From positions 1-64,000 of the forward strand of contig JBFWJC010000002.1 of the NCBI GenBank assembly GCA_050253415.1: a stretch of 64,000 nt of DNA, read 5' to 3'. The notes beneath the pieces were generated by a model, which saw only the letters and a list, made by a program, of their open reading frames with translations, was not told the DNA's origin and made no database searches. Shown here one piece after another: positions 28,248 to 38,269 of the stretch (the stretch's first letter is position 1; the number at the start of each line of letters is the position of its first letter). Both the position numbers and the translations under genes were made by a program. The stretch is from Pedobacter sp. (GTDB taxonomy: Bacteria; Desulfobacterota; Desulfuromonadia; Desulfuromonadales; Syntrophotaleaceae).

Positions 28248-30051
28248 TGTCGCCTCCTATTGGTATTTCGGCATTGTCAATGCGCTCTATGAGCTTCTTG
28301 TAGAGGCTGGCCTTGTTCAGGGCATTATTCATCAGGGAATCATGCGCCATGGCCTCTGCCTTGTGCGCCTTATCTTCATACTCCGAGATCTTGTTAAGGT
28401 AATAGTCCCTCTCCTCGGCATCTGGAATCAGGTAGTCGCAGCCAAGGCACTGAAACAGGCCTGACCCACAGCTTGTCATGTCTGCGCAAATTCCCAATCT
28501 CCCGACCCTCTGGGCTTTGATATTCCTTTCAAGTAGGATCTTTTCAGCGGCATCTGAATTGATGATTTTGCCCTTGAAAAAGATGGATTCGCCCTTACGC
28601 TCTCTGATTTTATCAGCAACTTTCTTCTGGCGTTCGTCCTGGGAATGGTCATAAGTATCCTCAATCATCCTCTCATTACGGTGGCCGGTTTCCGCCATGA
28701 CTTGGTGTGTAGTCCATCCTTCCGCCATGCGGTCAGTGACATTATTATGTCGCAGTTGATGGGGATTGATGGAATACAAGTTTCCGTCCTCATCAACAAC
28801 ATGTTCCTTTGGGAGTTCACGATAGAGCCAAATATAAACGTTTCTTCGAGTAGCAACCTGAGGCTTATCAGCTTTTTCAAACCAGGAGACCGGAGGGCAC
28901 GGTGGCGTGTGTTTATCAATCAGGGCGTCGTCAATAACGGACGGCCCACCGCACCCAAACTTTACATCATCAAGAAAAGCCTGCATGTAAGGGCTATGGA
29001 ATGTTTGATGACTCAAGCGCTTCTCGGGAGGAGAAAGTTTTGGCCCCATCTTCAACAAAGCGGTTTGGTTTTCGGCAAGGTGGTGCTCGCGCATATATTC
29101 AATGCACTTCTTCGCCCTTACCAAAGCATCTCGTTGTTGAGGGGTGTTGTCGGTTGCCCGATGCTTCCATGTGTAGGTCAACAAAAAGCCCCGTTTCTTT
29201 ATGGGTAGATCCTTTTGAAGTTGCCGTGCGACAGCTTGTTGCTGTTTGATAAGATCGACAAGGAAAGCTCCCATCCCCTCAAGCTTGACTGTTGTCACCA
29301 AAATCCGGCCAGGCCCGTCAGGGTTGCCTGATTGCTTATATTCAGGGATAAGAACGGACATGTACCCTTTACGGTTCGGTTTCAGGCAGTCAATTTGCAT
29401 CGAGGAAACCTCTGTGCCGCGATTGGGAATGAGGCGATGAAGCCAGTAAGCAACTCTCCGCTCAAGCGGGGTTGTTTCGGCACTATAGATTTTGTCGATC
29501 TGAGCGAGTACATACTCAGGCACAGGCTTGACTTCAGAGCGCTTGCTTCTCAGAAAGGGGTTGGGCCTCGGGACCGGGAATTTAATGGGAGAAAAGGGCC
29601 ACCCGACCATTGAAGAATAGAAAACGTCAACGGCGCTCCAGTAGGAATTGCGTGTTCTCTGCGCTAATTTCTGTGACGTCAAGCGAGCCTGGAATAAGGT
29701 CATGCTTTGCCTGTCAACACTGTCAAACCAAATGTTATGCTCATTCAAAAACTCGCAAAAGGGTACTAGGTTGGATACGGCGACTCTTGTAGTGTTGAGG
29801 CTGACTCCAGTTTGAAGCCTGTATAAAGCATAGAGCTTAATTGGCTCACGATATGCTTCAGGAATGGTGATGAAACGAAGGGTCTTTTCGTCATTTGATA
29901 TATTCTTGGCGCCAGAAACCGACTTGTCCATGACCCACGCATTGTCCGACGGTTTGGCGGCTGAGGAATAAGTTGAAAGGAGCTCATATAGCTTGAGGTC
30001 AGAGTTCTCCTCATAAACTTCAGCAATATTGTAATATGCACTGCTACCCAT
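28240..30051 (-). CDS. Tyrosine recombinase 3 (large, Cys-rich C-terminus)
   Basis: PNRGTE (R), PHQLRH (HxxR), TGH...DTY (H, Y); tail GICADMTSC...CLGC. Confidence 0.88.
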   Translation of the reverse strand: MGSSAYYNIAEVYEENSDLKLYELLSTYSSAAKPSDNAWVMDKSVSGAKNISNDEKTLRFITIPEAYREPIKLYALYRLQTGVSLNTTRVAVSNLVPFCEFLNEHNIWFDSVDRQSMTLFQARLTSQKLAQRTRNSYWSAVDVFYSSMVGWPFSPIKFPVPRPNPFLRSKRSEVKPVPEYVLAQIDKIYSAETTPLERRVAYWLHRLIPNRGTEVSSMQIDCLKPNRKGYMSVLIPEYKQSGNPDGPGRILVTTVKLEGMGAFLVDLIKQQQAVARQLQKDLPIKKRGFLLTYTWKHRATDNTPQQRDALVRAKKCIEYMREHHLAENQTALLKMGPKLSPPEKRLSHQTFHSPYMQAFLDDVKFGCGGPSVIDDALIDKHTPPCPPVSWFEKADKPQVATRRNVYIWLYRELPKEHVVDEDGNLYSINPHQLRHNNVTDRMAEGWTTHQVMAETGHRNERMIEDTYDHSQDERQKKVADKIRERKGESIFFKGKIINSDAAEKILLERNIKAQRVGRLGICADMTSCGSGLFQCLGCDYLIPDAEERDYYLNKISEYEDKAHKAEAMAHDSLMNNALNKASLYKKLIERIDNAEIPIGGDNV

Positions 30052-30068
30052 TCCTTTCCTCCAAGAAC

Positions 30069-32012
30069 TTAAAGGTCAATGTTCCTAAGTGTGTCAGTGT
30101 AAGAATCCAGCCTATGTTTTTCAGATTGATATTCGCGATATTTAGAGAAAACTGCTTCAGGGATACCTTCACTTTGATAGGCCCTGACAAGCTCATCGGT
30201 AATTCTGATTTGAGAATCAACGAGGTTCTGCCATTTCTTGCGATATTTCTTGCCCGTGCATAGATTTGGGCACTCGGCACAGGATGTTTCATGCTCACTC
30301 CGCTTGCCGCAAGGCCCGTCCGCCATGTGTTTAACACACTGTCCAAATTCAACATCTCGGCGCCCGAGGCAAAAATCAACAAACAGTTGGCGCCTTTCAT
30401 CTTCGGTATAGGCCTTCAGAACTTCTTCGCCAACATGAACCTCAAATCGTTTATTCCAAAACTCGTTGTTCATGTCGGCAAGTTTTAATTGTTTCGCTTC
30501 GTTATAGTAGGTGTCCGCAGTCTGAATGGTCGCCCAATTGAACTGCGCCAGAAGTTCTGGAGTTGTTGCGCCATCGTTAATTAGATCTACCGCCAAGGTC
30601 TTGCGGCACTGGTGCGTACCAAAGCGCCACAGGGTTCCATCCCAGGTGCAAATGTTATGCTTGGCGATTAGTTCATTCATCTCCCTGATAATAGTGCCTG
30701 TGCTTAAAGGAGAGATGTCGCCCAGAAACTTTGAGTTTCTTCGGACAAAAATCTCTTTTATCTCTTTTCCAGAACGCATGTCCTTTGTAGATTCTGCCTG
30801 CTGGATAAAGGCGGCGAGAACATCGTTGTCGGCGACGTTTATGACATGAAACTTGTCTAGGCCTTTCAGCTTTCGGAATTTCGCTGTTTTATTGGGGAGG
30901 TATTTGAGCCAATACTCGTCTTTCAGTGGTTCGTGCCTGAGCCAATCCTCTTCAAGAGAATTGGCCTCACCGACACGCATCCCCGTCCCCGACATGATTT
31001 CAAAAATGTGTCGGACATCATTGTTGAGGTCTGCCCTGTGGAGGTAAATTTGATCTATCACCTCTTCAGGGATGAAGTCCGCATTTTTAACGTGGTCGTC
31101 TATTGCTCTAAATACGACGCGGCTAAAGGGGTTCTGATGAGGTGGTTGCTCGCCAGTAGGCAGCAGTTCAGGTTTTTTAACGAAGAAGTCAAGGAAGCTG
31201 TCCATCAAGCGAATATGTGAAAATACGGTCTTGGGGGCCATCCCTTTTCGCTCCGTATTTCTATTTCTATTGGTTTCTATCTCATGCTCAAGGTAGTGTA
31301 GAAGCTTGCGCATTAGGGTTATATTGATATCTCGCAGAGACAAGACTTCGGGTGCCGCGTCCTGAATGTACAGCAAGCAGGTCTTTATATTTTCGAAAGG
31401 AGTACTGGTAAGAGGTTGCCATTGGCCCCCCTTGTACCCATTCGCCAGGTAGGTCTTCAGGCACTGTCTGAAAGAAGCATTTTTAATCACACGGAAATCA
31501 AAGGTCCTGCTCGAAAGCGTATCGACGTTAAGTAGGTAAATAGACCAGACATCATCAGTTGTTTCGTAAACCTTCCGATTTTCCTTTGGAAAGAGTTTCT
31601 TCTGTAATTCGCCCTCGCGAAGCACGTGAGGGAGAATAAATTTTTGGTGCACTTTACCTATTGGAATACCATTAGAGCTTTCTGGTAATATGTATTCGAG
31701 CATAAACGCTTGGACTGAAACCTGTCGCCGATTAGCGGTAAACTGCTCCTTCAAGACCCTTTCCACGTAAGCGTCAAATTTCCCCGGCCAAAGCTGCTCC
31801 GCAATAGTGACCATGCTGCTCATAGCCATTTCCTTGTAGACAGACCTGAGCGGAGCGATCCCGTTCAGGCCATCACGCAGTTCATCAATTACCCTGACGG
31901 CTAATTCGGGGTCGCGGCGAAAGGCCTTGCTTGTCTTCCATGACGGATTATATTCAATCGTTACCCCATTGTAGTCCAGGGTGCGCATAGGTTTAGTCAT
32001 CACCACGCTCAT
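30069..32012 (-). CDS. Tyrosine recombinase 2 (large, Tn554 TnpB-like)
   Basis: TGMRVGE, THQCRKT, FNW...DTYY; tail GQC...PC...CAEC. Confidence 0.9.
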   Translation of the reverse strand: MSVVMTKPMRTLDYNGVTIEYNPSWKTSKAFRRDPELAVRVIDELRDGLNGIAPLRSVYKEMAMSSMVTIAEQLWPGKFDAYVERVLKEQFTANRRQVSVQAFMLEYILPESSNGIPIGKVHQKFILPHVLREGELQKKLFPKENRKVYETTDDVWSIYLLNVDTLSSRTFDFRVIKNASFRQCLKTYLANGYKGGQWQPLTSTPFENIKTCLLYIQDAAPEVLSLRDINITLMRKLLHYLEHEIETNRNRNTERKGMAPKTVFSHIRLMDSFLDFFVKKPELLPTGEQPPHQNPFSRVVFRAIDDHVKNADFIPEEVIDQIYLHRADLNNDVRHIFEIMSGTGMRVGEANSLEEDWLRHEPLKDEYWLKYLPNKTAKFRKLKGLDKFHVINVADNDVLAAFIQQAESTKDMRSGKEIKEIFVRRNSKFLGDISPLSTGTIIREMNELIAKHNICTWDGTLWRFGTHQCRKTLAVDLINDGATTPELLAQFNWATIQTADTYYNEAKQLKLADMNNEFWNKRFEVHVGEEVLKAYTEDERRQLFVDFCLGRRDVEFGQCVKHMADGPCGKRSEHETSCAECPNLCTGKKYRKKWQNLVDSQIRITDELVRAYQSEGIPEAVFSKYREYQSEKHRLDSYTDTLRNIDL

Positions 32013-33198
32013 TCTTTTTTTGACGCTCCGTTTGCTCTGTTTTGCGTTTTTTTATACGCCCAGCAACATGCTTTTGTGTCTCTTCGTTCATAGGGTCCAG
32101 ATAATTCAACAAAGGGGAACCGGACTTCCACTTGCGTTTATCAATTATGTAACGGTCATTTACTCCATCCTCTGGGTGCTTCATTGCATGAAGGACGAGG
32201 TTTTGTGTATCAGTGCTTCGCCCAGCATGGGTGACTATTATTTGGGGATCGAACCCAGCAAGATTTGCTGCCGTCTTGAGAATAGTAAGGAAATTGCTGT
32301 AACTAACAGCCTTGCCTTGGTGTTTTTGGTGTCGTTTTAGGTTCACGAAGAAAGGAACCAGAAGCCGCCCTAGGCGCTGTTCTAAAGGAGTTCTTTCGAG
32401 ATTGATATAGTCTTGCAGAATGCGTGCAGTATCCGGGTTACTAAAGTGGACCCAACCAATTTCGCTCTGAGTCACCTTTCCCTTTGACCGTGTTGGCCGA
32501 ACCTTTGCTTCATAGGGGTCGAACCCGTCAGCTTCAATGCTAAGGACTTCGTCTATTCGTAAGCCCTCCAAAGTCAAGGCGAAGATGGCCCTGTCTCGCA
32601 ATGTCCGAAAGCAAGCCATAATGCCGTTGACCTGGTCTTGGCTATAGTGCTTGAGTTTTTTATGCTTGGGTGGGTCAGGTAAACCCAAGAGGTTAATGTT
32701 ATCAAGGTATTGATTGGTCTCGATTTCCCAAATTTGGCCATAAACATAACTCTGCTTTGAGCGCTTATAGCCTTTTGCTTCGCGGGTTTTTCTAGATACA
32801 GGCTCGTTTTCGTCAATATTACCGTCCATATGCTTGTAAAGCTCCTTCAGGACAGTAATGTATGTCTTTAGGGTGGGGAGGTCGACCTGTGGATTAAGGG
32901 ACACCACCTGTTCTTTCAAGTCAGCCCCCATGCCGATGGTTCGCAAGTATACGTTGACATCCTTCTTGGTGGCATCAGTAAAAGTCTTGTTGCGCCCAAG
33001 GAGAAAATTCAACCATGGAACGATAATGTTGCCGTAAGTACGGGCGGTGCCGATAGACCTCAGCGCCTTAGATATGAGAAATGAGTTAATCTCAGCTACG
33101 AGCATAAGGTCGGGGTCTTCCACAATGCAGACCTCAACCTCCCTCTCTTTTATCGAGAAAACAGCGTTCACCAATCTATACCTACCCTTGTTACTCAC
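31993..33198 (-). CDS. Tyrosine recombinase 1 (Tn554 TnpA-like)
   Basis: LRDRAIF..EGLRIDE, THAGRS, RKW...LNY; probable GTG start at 33198 after GAGGAG. Confidence 0.88.
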   Translation of the reverse strand: MSNKGRYRLVNAVFSIKEREVEVCIVEDPDLMLVAEINSFLISKALRSIGTARTYGNIIVPWLNFLLGRNKTFTDATKKDVNVYLRTIGMGADLKEQVVSLNPQVDLPTLKTYITVLKELYKHMDGNIDENEPVSRKTREAKGYKRSKQSYVYGQIWEIETNQYLDNINLLGLPDPPKHKKLKHYSQDQVNGIMACFRTLRDRAIFALTLEGLRIDEVLSIEADGFDPYEAKVRPTRSKGKVTQSEIGWVHFSNPDTARILQDYINLERTPLEQRLGRLLVPFFVNLKRHQKHQGKAVSYSNFLTILKTAANLAGFDPQIIVTHAGRSTDTQNLVLHAMKHPEDGVNDRYIIDKRKWKSGSPLLNYLDPMNEETQKHVAGRIKKRKTEQTERQKKNERGDD

Positions 33199-33291
33199 GC
33201 TCTCCTCCTCGTTCCGTTTCCCGAGGGTAAACATTAACCTTCTGCAATAAACCAACAAGACTTCTTTAACACAAAAATTCACGATAGTAAA

Positions 33292-33322
33292 CAAAAAAGG
33301 TGCCTATAAATACAGGCACCTT
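33292..33322 (-). terminator. Terminator just inside the element end, blocking read-through from pncB
   Basis: Minus strand reads AAGGTGCCT-GTATTTAT-AGGCACCTT followed by a T run. Confidence 0.65.
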
Positions 33323-33368
33323 CAGGATTATTTATTGTGAAATTGGTTTATTGTGAAGAGTTTATCAA

Positions 33369-34058
33369 CTAAACATGAGCCATGGTGCCGACCGGTGGCA
33401 AACCCAGTTGGCGGGCCAGGTGCATGTTGCTGGTTCCCGCCAGGTAGTCCGGAATTTCACGGTTGAGGATATCCAGTACCCGTTCCTGCCACTGGCGGTT
33501 GAAGCGGCGGCGGGTGCCGAAGTCGATAATCCGCAGTCCGTCCAGCTGGCCGCGCTGCTGCAACAGTGCGATCTTTTCGAAAAGGCGCCGCTGTCCCGTA
33601 GCATAATCGGGCCGGGGGTAGGCGGCTCTGGTATGGACCTCGTTGATGATCGACAGGCCGTAGATTTCAAAGAGGGTGACCTGCAGCAGGGGACCGTGCA
33701 GGCGCAGCTCGATGTTCTCGCTGTCAGGGCGCAGCGAGAGGTGGTTCATCTCGAGACGCACCGTGGCCAGATAGTCCAGGAAATCAGGTTTGAAATAGCC
33801 CAGGGTCGCCAGGTAGCGAATTTCGTCGTCTTGAAAGCGTAGCGAGCACAGATGCTCGAATTGGCGACGGATCTCCGGGATCAACCGCCGGAGTTGCTTG
33901 TTTTCGGGATTCCGGCACTTGAATTTCCATTCGGTGTCAGCCCCCTCGAATGCACTGCAGTGGTAAAAGGCCTGCAACATGGTGAGCTTGTACAGGTCCG
34001 TATCCAGCAGGGTCTCGATAATCCAGGGCATGTTTTGTGTCTGTGCGGTCATTGTCAT
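33369..34058 (-). pseudogene. pncB: Nicotinate phosphoribosyltransferase, 5' half only
   Basis: LLDTDLYKLTM, DFGTRRRF, GTSN, then GTMAH followed immediately by V-stop; about 230 codons versus about 400 expected. Confidence 0.9.
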
Positions 34059-34266
34059 CTCCGGAAGAGGTGAACTGAACGTTACCATATCCTTTGCAAG
34101 GGAAAAACCCGTTTTGCGCAAAAAGGTCCGGAGCGCAGCTAGTGGACGGGGCCAAATTTTTAAGGGACAATGGCTTATGAGAGAAAGACCAAGGGGATTT
34201 CGAAGTTCGGCTGGTATCGGTCCGGGCGCATTCATGGAATAGGCATTTCATCCAGGGGATTTTATC

Positions 34267-34575
34267 ATGGTAAGAGTTTATAGCTCGCAAATACTTGCTT
34301 TAGTGGAAAATATGAAGAACCTACTCGCGATTCAAGGCATCGGTTCCAAGATCACCAATCAATATTTGAGCGCAGCGGTTGGCGAAATCCCCCCTATCGA
34401 AGCCTGGCCTCAATTGTGGGTCTCGGATGAAGACGCCGATCTTGCAAAAAAGATCGTCGAAGATGCCCTCAAGGATCACCCTGAATACAATGAGGTCCGG
34501 ATCTGCCCCCATTGCGGAGAGGAAGTCGAAGGCCAATTCGCCGAGTGTTGGAATTGTGGAACAAGGCTGGATTGA
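34267..34575 (+). CDS. DUF2007-type protein with a C-terminal zinc ribbon
   Basis: GEIPPIEAWPQLWV and CPHCGE..EGQFAECWNCG. Confidence 0.85.
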   Translation: MVRVYSSQILALVENMKNLLAIQGIGSKITNQYLSAAVGEIPPIEAWPQLWVSDEDADLAKKIVEDALKDHPEYNEVRICPHCGEEVEGQFAECWNCGTRLD

Positions 34576-34775
34576 AGGTTGGATTCCGAGAGGTGTAGGT
34601 CGGAAACGAGGCCGGAGGGGGAGGTCGAAAGGTGCAGCGGTACCCCTGTCATTGGTGGATCTAAATAAAACTTGTGAGAATTAATGAAGATACCTAATAT
34701 AGGACATGGTGCGCGGCGCAATGAGATGCGGCCGCACCCGGTTTCTCCGTTTTATAAAGAATAGAGGTTTGCAAC

Positions 34776-35372
34776 TTGCCATCCGCTATAAATCATGCCG
34801 TCGTCGGCATTTCATTGGGCCTGGCGATCTCAAAGGGTAAAGCTCCCAAGCGATTTTGGGTATTGTCGATAATTTGCGCGATGTTGGCCGATCTCGATGT
34901 CCTTACGTTTAAGTTCGGGATCTCCTATGCCAGCCTTTGGGGACACAGGGGCTTCTTTCATTCGATATTTTTCTCGTCCTTATTTGGTTTTTTAATCGCC
35001 ACTGTCTTTTTTCGAAAACATGGGATGTTTTCAAAAAGATGGCTGGTTTATTCGCTGTACTTTTCGGCAGTGACATCGACCCACGGCGTGCTCGACGCCT
35101 TCACCAATGGCGGACTCGGCGTCGCTCTTTTATCCCCCTTTGATGATAAACGTTACTTTTTTTGGGCTACTCCCATTTCGGTTTCCCCCCTGAGTGTCAA
35201 AGCTTTCTTCGCTGGAAGAGGTCCGGGGATTCTAAAGAATGAATTTATGTGGGTTTGGTTACCCTCCCTTTTCATGGCGCTAATCGGCAAGTTAAGCTTT
35301 TCGCACAGCGGGTTGGACGACAGTGACCCCGGTGGAATGAGTCGGCCGTCAAAGGCATCCATGCAAAAATGA
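34776..35372 (+). CDS. Membrane-bound metal-dependent hydrolase (YdjM family)
   Basis: ADLD, GHRGFFHS and HGVLDAFTNGG motifs. Confidence 0.88.
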   Translation: MPSAINHAVVGISLGLAISKGKAPKRFWVLSIICAMLADLDVLTFKFGISYASLWGHRGFFHSIFFSSLFGFLIATVFFRKHGMFSKRWLVYSLYFSAVTSTHGVLDAFTNGGLGVALLSPFDDKRYFFWATPISVSPLSVKAFFAGRGPGILKNEFMWVWLPSLFMALIGKLSFSHSGLDDSDPGGMSRPSKASMQK

Positions 35373-35503
35373 AAAGCAGTCCCGAAACTCGGTGAGCATC
35401 TGGCCGGTCGTTTGTGGCCCATCGGTCCGGGGCGTATAGCGGGGTTCGCAGAACTCTATCCGGCGGTATTATCGCAGATCTTTTATCTTCATCAGGAGTC
35501 CAT

Positions 35504-35734
35504 GTGGAAACGGAATTTCTCGCTGCATCCATCATTAATCTCGTCATAAATCTGCTTTATACCCTTTTGGCATTGGTGGTCGGGGTCTATGCTCTATTGT
35601 GGATCGATAAGAAGCTGCTGAAAAACATTGATTTCGAAGAAGAGTTGAAAAAAGGCAACCTGGCCGTGGCCGTATTTGTTTCGACGATTTTAATTTTTAT
35701 AGCGATTATGATCGCTTTTGGCTTCCGTGGCTAG
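35504..35734 (+). CDS. DUF350 small membrane protein
   Basis: IDFEEELKKGNLAVAV between two TM segments; probable GTG start after AGGAG. Confidence 0.75.
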   Translation: METEFLAASIINLVINLLYTLLALVVGVYALLWIDKKLLKNIDFEEELKKGNLAVAVFVSTILIFIAIMIAFGFRG

Positions 35735-36572
35735 AAAGAGATCGACAGGCCGGCGGGCGGGAATCTTTTTCCTCTTATGTATTATTTTGTGGTTCCTGGC
35801 CTTTTTAAATTCGATAAAACGCGAGTGGGAGTCGGATTTTGAACTGAACCGGAAGATCGATGCTTCCCTGTCGGCGTTAAACGGGCAGGATCTGGGCCTG
35901 AAGGACGGCGCATTCAGTCTTGAGATCTTGCCGGGTAATGGTATGAAACGCACCGCTCGTCAGATAGAGCTGATGTTGCGTGCTACCGGAGACCGGAGCG
36001 GGACCTTTACCTTTGAGGATAGGATTGCCGGAATCTTTACCATGTCGGCCCAGGCGATCGATCGGCGACAGTATCTGGTAAATGCCTTTCTGGAAGGGTA
36101 TGAACCCTTCAGGGTTGATAATGTGATACTCCCTTTGTATGTCCTGGCGCAGCGCAAGAGCTATCAGTTGGACGTGGAGCAATACGCGGGTCGGGAAGAG
36201 GTATGGCAGTCGAGTCGACAGGCCTATTTTTATCCACGGGGGGATTGCGAAGACCACGCGATTTTGCTTGCCGATTGGCTGATTTCCATGGGAGAAGACG
36301 CCCGGGTTGTCGTCGGAGAGATGCGGGGTGGTGGTCATGCCTGGGTCGTTTTGTTTAAAAACGGCAATGAATATTTGCTGGAAGCGACGACAAAGAATGG
36401 GATTTCGCGCCACAAACCTTATCCCCTGGCGGCTCTATTTGCCGGATACTGTCCCGCATATATGTTTAACCGGGAGTCCTTTTGGGAAAACACCGGCATG
36501 AAATTCACCACCAAATATTCAGGCAAGCACTGGGTGCGGAAAAGTTTTCTGCGATTTGAGGCGGAACCTTAA
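35718..36572 (+). CDS. Transglutaminase-like cysteine protease domain protein
   Basis: GDCEDHAILL, GHAWV and LLEAT motifs; N-terminal TM; start uncertain. Confidence 0.8.
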   Translation: MASVARKRSTGRRAGIFFLLCIILWFLAFLNSIKREWESDFELNRKIDASLSALNGQDLGLKDGAFSLEILPGNGMKRTARQIELMLRATGDRSGTFTFEDRIAGIFTMSAQAIDRRQYLVNAFLEGYEPFRVDNVILPLYVLAQRKSYQLDVEQYAGREEVWQSSRQAYFYPRGDCEDHAILLADWLISMGEDARVVVGEMRGGGHAWVVLFKNGNEYLLEATTKNGISRHKPYPLAALFAGYCPAYMFNRESFWENTGMKFTTKYSGKHWVRKSFLRFEAEP

Positions 36573-36770
36573 GAACGCAAACGAGGCGTTGAAAGAATAA
36601 GTAAAAGCAGGTCCACAAAAATAAGGAAATAAGATAAAGGTTATTTTATGGAAGTGTATGCGAAGTCAATTGGCGACAGACTTGATAGGGTTTTTAAAAT
36701 TATCGCGTGAACCTCTTAAATTTTAGGTAATCAAATAGGTAATGAATACAAGCAAATAAGGATATTTTCG

Positions 36771-37223
36771 ATGATGCGTTTTGATGGTGTACTTGGTTCA
36801 ATCATGATTTTTTGGAGTGAAAGTTTTCACTATATCTTTACATATTCCATTTATGCACTAATTGTGTGCAGCATCATTTTATTTGTTGAAATTAAAATTC
36901 CAAGTAACGATGTCGGGTTAATAAAGTTGGCATTATCAAATTTAATTATGGCAACTATATCAGTTGTGTTAATAACTCTATCAATGCTCGCAGTCGGTTG
37001 GTTGCCGTGGAGTTTAGGTGGAGAGTTGGGGAAACTTATTTTTACCGTAATTTTTATGTTTGTAGTGCTTTTATTTGTAAAACTTTATATTGTAAATAGT
37101 TGTCGTATCCCATATTCCCTCCCGTTTTTATCTAGTGTAGTAACGACATTGTTCCTGTTAGCTCCGTATATAGCCTTTAATACTTTTGTATTTATGCTGG
37201 GATCCGGAGGTTGGCAGAATTAA
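36771..37223 (+). CDS. Hypothetical multi-pass membrane protein, AT-rich
   Basis: 150-aa hydrophobic ORF in an AT-rich patch. Confidence 0.5.
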   Translation: MMRFDGVLGSIMIFWSESFHYIFTYSIYALIVCSIILFVEIKIPSNDVGLIKLALSNLIMATISVVLITLSMLAVGWLPWSLGGELGKLIFTVIFMFVVLLFVKLYIVNSCRIPYSLPFLSSVVTTLFLLAPYIAFNTFVFMLGSGGWQN

Positions 37224-37259
37224 AAGTGTAAGGAACTTGTCTGGCAGGGTGCACTAACG

Positions 37260-37430
37260 ATGAAAAGAAAGTGCCGTTGCAGAGGGGATGATGGTGCTGA
37301 ACGTGCCTCTTCCGATTATCGACTGTTTCGCTTGGGCCTGATTCACGTGGCACCGGTGGCGGGAGATTCCACATATAACACCGGAATCATCGAGCGCTGT
37401 ACCGAATGGGCTGCGTCTCAAGGGACCCTC
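37260..37430 (+). pseudogene. Possible N-terminal fragment of a carbon-nitrogen hydrolase
   Basis: FRLGLIHVAPVAGDSTYNTGIIERCTEWAASQG resembles a nitrilase-family N-terminus; similarity stops before the expected PE motif. Confidence 0.35.
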
Positions 37431-37771
37431 GGCCAGGGGGCGGTCAAAAGGCGCTCTGCGCCGTTCGCCTCGAAACCGGTTCTCCATGTTATATTTTCGA
37501 AGCAGGTCTTCCGCCTGCCGGCTCAAACCTACTCGCCACGTTTTCGTGCAGCAATGCTGCATAGGCTTTTGGTGGCTTTTGCAGCCGGTCACGCGGCGGG
37601 TGCGCTCCCGGTTTGCAGGGCATTCCCTTTATCGCCTTTCTTATAGGTTATTTGTTCCGAATTTAGGATGTTTGGCAAATGACTTATATTCATGTATATC
37701 TTTAATATGTCATTCATGCCAGTTAACCTCTGAAGCTAATGCGTTGCTATAGCTGAGAAAAGGAGTTCATC

Positions 37772-38203
37772 ATGCCGACTATCATGGAAACCATTGCCGC
37801 CGATCCCTCCTTGAAAACCCTCAAAAAAGCGTTGGGAATTGTCGGAGGAGTTCGTGAGAGGTTGGAGAGAACTGGAACCTTGACCTTTTTTGCTCCCAAC
37901 GATGAGGCCTTTGCACGGCTTAACATGGAACAGATTCTGGGCGATACTGCCAAATTGACGGATATTTTGAATTACCATCTGGTGGGGGAAAAGCATTTTC
38001 AAAAGGAGATGGATGTGAAAAATCTGGATTCCCTGGTGACCGAACTGGGCAAGAGTCTTTCCATCTATCTGGATGAAAACGAGATCATGATCGACAATGC
38101 CCACCTCATCACCACCGATATCGAGTGCAGTAACGGCGTGATCCACATCATTGACAATGTCTTTTTACCGCAGCATTCCGGGTGGTATGAAACCCTGGCC
38201 TGA
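37772..38203 (+). CDS. Fasciclin (FAS1) domain protein
   Basis: TFFAPNDEAF, ILNYHLV, DIECSNGVIHIIDNV. Confidence 0.93.
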   Translation: MPTIMETIAADPSLKTLKKALGIVGGVRERLERTGTLTFFAPNDEAFARLNMEQILGDTAKLTDILNYHLVGEKHFQKEMDVKNLDSLVTELGKSLSIYLDENEIMIDNAHLITTDIECSNGVIHIIDNVFLPQHSGWYETLA

Positions 38204-38221
38204 GAGCAGGGGACATCATAT

Positions 38222-38254
38222 AAAAAAAGGGCGGCTTTTCAGCCGCCCTTTTTT
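38222..38254. terminator. Bidirectional terminator
   Basis: AAAAAAAGGGCGGCT-TTTC-AGCCGCCCTTTTTT between convergent genes. Confidence 0.85.
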
Positions 38255-38269
38255 ATATTTGTTATATGA

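Larger units (their letters stand above)
25084..33377 (-). mobile_element. Integration module of a three-integrase genomic island inserted in pncB (left boundary not located)
   Basis: Six tightly coupled genes; pncB reading frame breaks at 33374-33377; repeated motifs near the end. Confidence 0.8.

Noticed and set aside
33331..33376. Tn7-like end (starts TGT on the minus strand, with internal repeats)
   Set aside because: No TnsA/B/C or DDE transposase is present; the adjacent enzymes are tyrosine recombinases
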